In this document: positions 56,851 through 64,000 of the stretch, piece after piece
Layout of the letters: each line of letters begins with the position of its first letter
How positions within the stretch are numbered: position 1 is the stretch's first letter
Position numbers and translations under genes: made by a program
Notes under the pieces: generated by a model
The model's database searches: none
What the model was told of the DNA's origin: nothing
Seen by the model: only the letters and a program-made list of their open reading frames with translations
DNA from: an uncultured delta proteobacterium
GTDB lineage: Bacteria > Desulfobacterota > Syntrophobacteria > Syntrophobacterales > Syntrophobacteraceae
DNA: 64,000 nt
NCBI GenBank assembly: GCA_963828705.1
Contig: CAWHGA010000032.1
Span: 7,058-71,057 of the forward strand
Reading direction: 5' to 3'

Positions 56851-57324
56851 TCGGATCTTTTGTGCCAAGTCTCTGTTTTAGTCCCTCACATCTTAATGCT
56901 GAATCCACGCCACTACGGTTTTCGCAAAACAGACTTGAACCTCATTCACCGTAACTTCTCAATAGGGGTAGGTGGACGCGAAAAAGCACGGGACAAGAGC
57001 AAATCTCCGTGCTATGCACAGAATCTATGAAACTAAGGATTGACATACCCAAAATCGCGGAAGAAGAGAAGAGCGAGCTCGTCGTCCTGCTGCTAGAGAT
57101 CATCAGGTCCCACGTCCCACAATATTTGACGCAGCCAGTCCCGTAATCTGATCCCGCATACCCTGCGATATCCGCATGCCCCCGCCTTCTTTACTTGCAT
57201 TATACCCCGCCTACCCATCACTTGGAGGGTTGCTATGGATTGCCACTGTGGTGAACTCGAGACACAGAGCTAGTTCGCCGGTTCCTCTAGTCCTTCAGCT
57301 GGCGTCCTGTGTGCTCCAGCCTGA

Positions 57325-57645
57325 TCACCCCGCCGCATCGATGAGCACGACGACGATGATAATGAATATGGAGTCACTCGCTTCTCCGATGGCAATGGAT
57401 GCCACGGCGGCGGCAACGAGAATGAATATCAACGGATTGAGCACCTGGTGAAGCAGAATGGCCCAAATGGTGGGGGGCTTTTTGGCGGGCAAAGCGTTGG
57501 GTCCGTAGAAGGTCAGTCGATGTGCGGCCTCTTCGTTACTCAGGCCTTTGGGGGTGCTTTGAAGCTTTCCGAAAATAGGCTGTTCGTCCAGGGTATGCCA
57601 TGGCACTTCACATAGCGTACTTGCACATTTCTTTTCCTCCACCAC
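57325..57645 (-). pseudogene. Orphan N-terminal fragment (about 106 codons) of a cation-transporting P-type ATPase
   Basis: WHTLDEQPIFGKLQSTPKGLSNEEAAHRLTFYGPNALPAKKPPTIWAILLHQVLNPLIFILVAAAVASIAIGE... is the typical Cation_ATPase_N plus TM1/2. It ends abruptly with no continuation in any frame. Confidence 0.65.
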
Positions 57646-57853
57646 GAGCCTCCTGCTCTCTTTCCTTTCAGTTCAACAGAGCCTTATGCCCGTTGAAGTC
57701 ATAGACGCGGCCTAAGAGCATTATATCGGCGGGAGAGCACCATGAACCGCGATGCCCGATTGGCAAGACCGACGCCCGATAAACCGTCCTTGAAAAATCC
57801 AGGCCAAGGGTGGTCAAAAACGCTTCTTTCTATCCTCCGTACATCGATGCGCT

Positions 57854-58393
57854 TCACTCCGCCTTTTCCGTTGGACATACGGATGAACCAGCCTTCTTCC
57901 CGGCTACTAACCAGTAGCCGATACTAAGAGCCAAGATTACGGCTCCGGTGGCATAGACATAATCCGGAGCCACTTTATCGAAATCAAAAATGATCACCTT
58001 CCGGGCAATGGCCATAAGAGCGGTGGCCATGACCAGCTTTACGTGGATCAGATCACTCCGGAGATACATGGTAATATTGATAAAGATTTCGATGGCGATC
58101 AGGACCGCCATGAAAGCGCCGAATGTCGCCAGAAGGTCATTGATGTTCAACAGCATGAAAGGTGGGGCCATCAACTGATTGTAAAGCATCCACACCACAT
58201 CGCCGATGCCCCACAGAATAACAGCCGTCATCAAGACGGCCATAATCCTGACCGCAAAATGGATGATACGTTGCAGAAACCCAATCAGGGGTTCACCGGC
58301 CTGCGCTTCCAGCCCCTGTGGGGCGATCATTTCCTTATCCATGCCGGTATTTCCTTCCTCGGGATGGTTGCTCCCTTGCCCAGTGTTCGACAT
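57854..58393 (-). CDS. psiE: PsiE-family (phosphate-starvation-inducible) membrane protein
   Basis: ...FAVRIMAVLMTAVILWGIGDVVW...LLATFGAFMAVLIAIEIFINI...IHVKLVMATALMAIARKVIIFDF. ATG at 58393 after AGGAGG. Confidence 0.7.
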   Translation of the reverse strand: MSNTGQGSNHPEEGNTGMDKEMIAPQGLEAQAGEPLIGFLQRIIHFAVRIMAVLMTAVILWGIGDVVWMLYNQLMAPPFMLLNINDLLATFGAFMAVLIAIEIFINITMYLRSDLIHVKLVMATALMAIARKVIIFDFDKVAPDYVYATGAVILALSIGYWLVAGKKAGSSVCPTEKAE

Positions 58394-58439
58394 AGTTCCT
58401 CCTTGTCGCTCCAATGATATTCTGCAGGATGCAGAAGCC

Positions 58440-60018
58440 CTATTTCCCCAGGCGACAGCCTTCCAGGGCAGTGCGCACCAGACCGGCTCCAGCCTGTTCA
58501 TACATGTTGTAGGCGGTACAGACCCCGAGGGCCGAGAGCTCCTCGACCTCTTCCGGATAAGCGGGCAATGGCCGCCACTTGGCAGTCAAAGCCGAAGTTG
58601 CGCAGCTGGTGAGCCGCGTACATGTTGCCCTGGTGATTGGGCATGGCCAGGATGACCAGTTCCAGCTGGATATCCTTGCGCAGCTTCAACCAGAACTCGG
58701 TATCGCAGGCATCGCCGAGTATCACATTGCGGCCCTGGCCGCGGTTGAAGTCCACCCGCTCCGGAGCATGTTCCACGCCGCAAATCTCCATCGCCGTATA
58801 TTTTCTGCAGTTCATCATAAGCCCCGGAGCCGATCCGGCCCATGCCCATGACCACGGCCTTTGCCGAACCAAGGTCGATGGGTGCATCGTGGGGATGGCA
58901 AAACCCGCGCTCAAAGCGGCGCAGCCACTGAAACATTCGGCGGTAGACAAACTCGGAATTGGTGCTCAAGGGTGCGGAAAGGGCAAAGCTGATGCTTATG
59001 GTCATGGCCATGACCAGGAGCCAATCTGCAGGCATAAGACCCTGGCCGACGGCAACGGCCGCCACGATCAACCCGAACTCGGAGTAGTTGGTCAGTGCTA
59101 GAGAGGCAAAAAGGCTCGTACGTGCTCGCAGCCCGAAGTGGTTGACAATGAAGTGATAGATGCCGGTCTTGATGGGCAGCACCAGGCAGAGCAGAACCGC
59201 AGCCATGAGCATGTCCCATGTCGGCAGTCCCTTCATGCCGATGGATAGAAAAAAGCCCACCAGCATCAACTCCTTGAAGCCGAACAGGGCCTTGGCCAAT
59301 TCCGATGCGCGCGGATGGCCGGCAATGAGCACGCCCACCACCAGCGCGCCCAGGTCCGGCTTCAGGCCGACCAGGGCAAAACCCTCGGCGCCCACTCCCA
59401 AGGCAATGAACAGGCCGCAGAGGATAAACAGCTCGCCGCGGCCCGCTATGTTCAACAATCGAAACAGCAATGGCCGCAGCAGCGGCAGGGCCAGAACGCT
59501 CAGAGCCCAGACGCTGGGGATTTTTCCCTCCGAGACGCTCAGGAAAAGAACGGCAAACAGGTCCTGCATGATCAGGATGCCGATGGCGATGCGGCCGTAA
59601 AACGCCGTCATATCACCTTTTCCTCCAGCACCTTGACCGCAAACACCGTGCTGGAAAAGGCAAGGGCAAAGCCCAGCACCAGGATTGTCCGCCGGGACAT
59701 TTCCATGAGCGGTATGGGGAACATCTGCTGCCCCAGCAGCAAGACGCCGCACATCAAGGCGGTGGTGATCAGAATCTGGGCCGTGGCGCTGGTCCAAATC
59801 TCCGCCTTGAGCAGACCGCGAACGTCCAGCTTCAGGCCGATGGAGAACAACAACAGAATGACGCCCAGGTCCGCTACTAAATCCAGCCCTTGGGGCTTGG
59901 CCAACCCGGCCATGTTGAAGGCAAATCCGGCCACCAGAAATCCGACCATGGGCGGCAGCCCGACCCGGGCCAGGGCCAGTCCAAAGCCAAAAGCAAAACT
60001 TACCAAAATGACGAGCAT
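58440..60018 (-). pseudogene. CPA2 (Kef/YbaL-type) monovalent cation:proton antiporter with C-terminal RCK/TrkA-N domain; at least 3 frame breaks
   Basis: The pieces are ORF 59608..60018 (MLVILVSFAFGFGLALARVGLPPMVGFLVAGF...), part of ORF 58586..60088 (GDMTAFYGRIAIGILIMQDLFAV...VVMGMGRIGSGAYDEL), ORF 58498..58950 (ICGVEHAPERVDF...VILAMPNHQGN), and a hand-translated tail YPEEVEELSALGV...LGK*. Breaks are near 59612-59625, 58783-58790 and 58556-58560. Confidence 0.7.
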
Positions 60019-60154
60019 GAGCTCCTCTTGCGAAGTCGGCGTGTGATGAGTCTAAAGGAGAAGCGTGAACCGGGTCAAAACCACCCATGGCCTCGGAGCT
60101 TCGAGCTACCAGGCTTTCCCGTATGTGTCGCTGATCAGCAGGAATCTCAGGTAG

Positions 60155-61479
60155 CTATTCCGTCGATTCCGGCAGTTCGAGCAGGAACCGCCATGCCGGG
60201 ACCACTTCGATGGTCCCGCCGACGGCATCGATCCGCTCGTCCTCGTTCCGGGTTACGATGGTTCCGATGCCAGGCCCAGTTCGGCCATCGCCTCACTCAA
60301 GGCCGCAGTCTCCCGTTTCCGCGTTTGCGGGTCTGCCAGGGACTCGCATACCTGGACCAGTATCCGCGGCCGGCCGCGCATCGGGACGATGAAATCGACC
60401 TCCCGGCCGGTCCTGGTCTTGTAATAGTGGATTTCCGGGTGAAGACGCCGGAGCGTGGTAAACACAAGGTTCTCAAGGAGATGGCCGGAGTTGACCAGAA
60501 TTCCGGACGATACCGATGTGACCAGCGCGTGATCGATGCAGTAGACCTTTTTCGGATTGGTGTTGCTGCGCGCAAGAGACGGGTCGAATAGGCGCACGGT
60601 GAACAGGAAATAGGCGTCCTCGAACCATTCCAGGTAATCCGACACCGCGGACTTTGGGAACCTTGTGGCCCAGCGACTTGAGATAGCCCGTGAGACTGTT
60701 GACGGAGTAAAGCGAGGACGTGTTGTCCACCAGCCGGTGGGCCAGGTCGCCTACCGCTCTGGGATGCGAAACGTCATGGCGTTCAACCAGATCCCGAAAC
60801 AGGATGGTGTGGAAATATTCCTGGTGGGTTTTGATCCTCAAGTGGCGCGGGAGGCCGGCGACCTCCGGGAAGCCGCCCGTCTCCCAGTATTCCTCGAAGG
60901 CCTTCTGAACGAGGAGCCGTTTCTTTGTGGACAGAGCGCCCGGGCTCTCGACGCCCTTATAGTCCAGGAATTCCTGGAAGAGAACGGGAACATCTCCCAT
61001 GAAAGCGCTCGCCGCGCATTTGCGTCGCTATCTCCGTGACAGCATCCCGGCGACGAACCGGTCAGATCACCTCGCATTTTTCGGTGCGCATCATGCGGTC
61101 GATGAAGGTTCCCAGCCCTCGGCGGCCTGAATCTCGTCGAAGAAACAGTAAACCGTCTCGGTGTTTTTTTTCTCCGGGAAGATGGAGTAATACGCCTCGG
61201 CGATCAGGCCGAGGTTGTCCTGGCGCAGGTTGTGGAGGCGGTCGTCGAAGAAGTTCAGGTACAGGATGTTCTGCGCGGGACCCCGCTGTCCAAGAGCCGC
61301 TGGATGACCTGGAACATGTACGTCGATTTGCCTCCCCGACGCACACCGATGCAGACGGCGGCCTTGCCGCGGACCGGCTCGATGCGCAAGCGCCGTGGAA
61401 CCCCGGTCTCCAGCCGGGTTTCCTGGAAGTCCAGGATGATGGATTTGAGCGTCTCTATCACAGGGATACTCCTGGCCAT
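60155..61479 (-). pseudogene. AAA-ATPase with DUF4143 domain (COG1373-like); at least 6 frame breaks
   Basis: The pieces are GVRRGGKSTYMFQ (Walker A), ...FFDEIQ... (Walker B, hand-read), LTGSS..., EIATQMRG, ALSWEMFPFS, QEFLDYKG...GGFPEV..., and KKVYCIDHALV...LLENLVFTTLRR...YYKTRTGREVDFIV, scattered over several frames. Confidence 0.65.
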
Positions 61480-61841
61480 AGGAATTTCCGGTTACTATCC
61501 AACCCGGGAAATAAAAATTACCGGTTGGTGTCGCTCGTTGTCAAGAAATATTCCCGGGTAGGCATGGTCGTCCCTGGGTTCAACAAGTCCCCCCCGCCGA
61601 CACTTTTTCTCTGCCTTCGGTGGATCCCCGGGGGTGGGCTTTCCCCGCCGCACGGCGCGAATCTCTCGTCGAGAAGGCCAAGAGAATAGCGCATGAAGCC
61701 CGCGGACCATAACAACCCCGCCGCTGTCTTCTCAGACCAGATTCGAATTGACGAAATCCCAATTGACGAGGTGTTTGATAAAGGAGTCGAGATAGTAGGC
61801 ATGCTCCCACAGATCCACTGTCAGCCAATGTACACGAAAAA

Positions 61842-64000
<2,159 letters not shown>

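Noticed and set aside
57027-57146. 39-codon ORF MKLRIDIPKIAEEEKSELVVLLLEIIRSHVPQYLTQPVP*, vaguely like the N-terminus of IS66-type transposases.
   Set aside because: It is too short, the similarity is only impressionistic, and no inverted repeats or further transposase sequence are nearby.

Overview
Overview. This is a 64-kb, visibly high-GC segment, roughly 60% by eye, with lower-GC islets. All calls come from reading the ORF track and the DNA by eye: no searches were run, and family names rest on remembered motifs. The gene content suggests an anaerobic deltaproteobacterium-like organism (Syntrophobacterales/Desulfobacterota style). Supporting signs are Hdr/Mvh-type genes with a selenocysteine HdrA, a 2-oxoacid:ferredoxin oxidoreductase, an archaeal-type dehydroquinate synthase II, and many REP-like palindromes. 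The taxon is inference only.

Layout.
(1) 0.3-20 kb is housekeeping: dprA-topA, pilD, rsmE, tRNA-Phe, mutY, a ChaN/PDZ lipoprotein, an aromatic amino-acid operon (aroB'-pheA-aroD-aroE-[MITE]-aroA) preceded by an aromatic-rich leader peptide plus terminator, then yggL, dacB and a Phd-like/Doc TA pair.
(2) 20-24.6 kb holds small accessory genes: an AT-rich hemerythrin, hydrolases, a SYLF protein and HicAB.
(3) 25-36 kb is a redox cluster: four-subunit 2-oxoacid:Fd oxidoreductase, an HdrL-like giant flavoprotein, MvhD, HdrBC-like, and HdrA with an in-frame UGA plus a SECIS-like hairpin.
(4) 36.2-43 kb is an accessory island: YefM/YoeB, an orphan HigA-like antitoxin with a toxin stump, unknown ORFs, LexA, DUF1353, and a decayed secreted tail-fibre-like gene with tandem repeats.
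(5) 43.2-56.9 kb is the most interesting part. It is an NHLP-leader/TOMM (thiazole/oxazole) RiPP locus headed by an ECF sigma factor. After the sigma gene come a small anti-sigma-position protein that itself ends in a double-glycine leader motif, an HExxH protein, a precursor whose core is a (Gly-Cys)n/His/Cys-rich peptide, a fused cyclodehydratase, a SagB dehydrogenase and a three-part NHLM-type exporter.
(6) 57.3-64 kb is a block of heavily frame-broken transport/ATPase genes.

Global caveat. At least about 30 reading-frame breaks are visible, including single breaks in essential genes (topA, aroA). Sequence quality is therefore suspect, and pseudogene calls are provisional.
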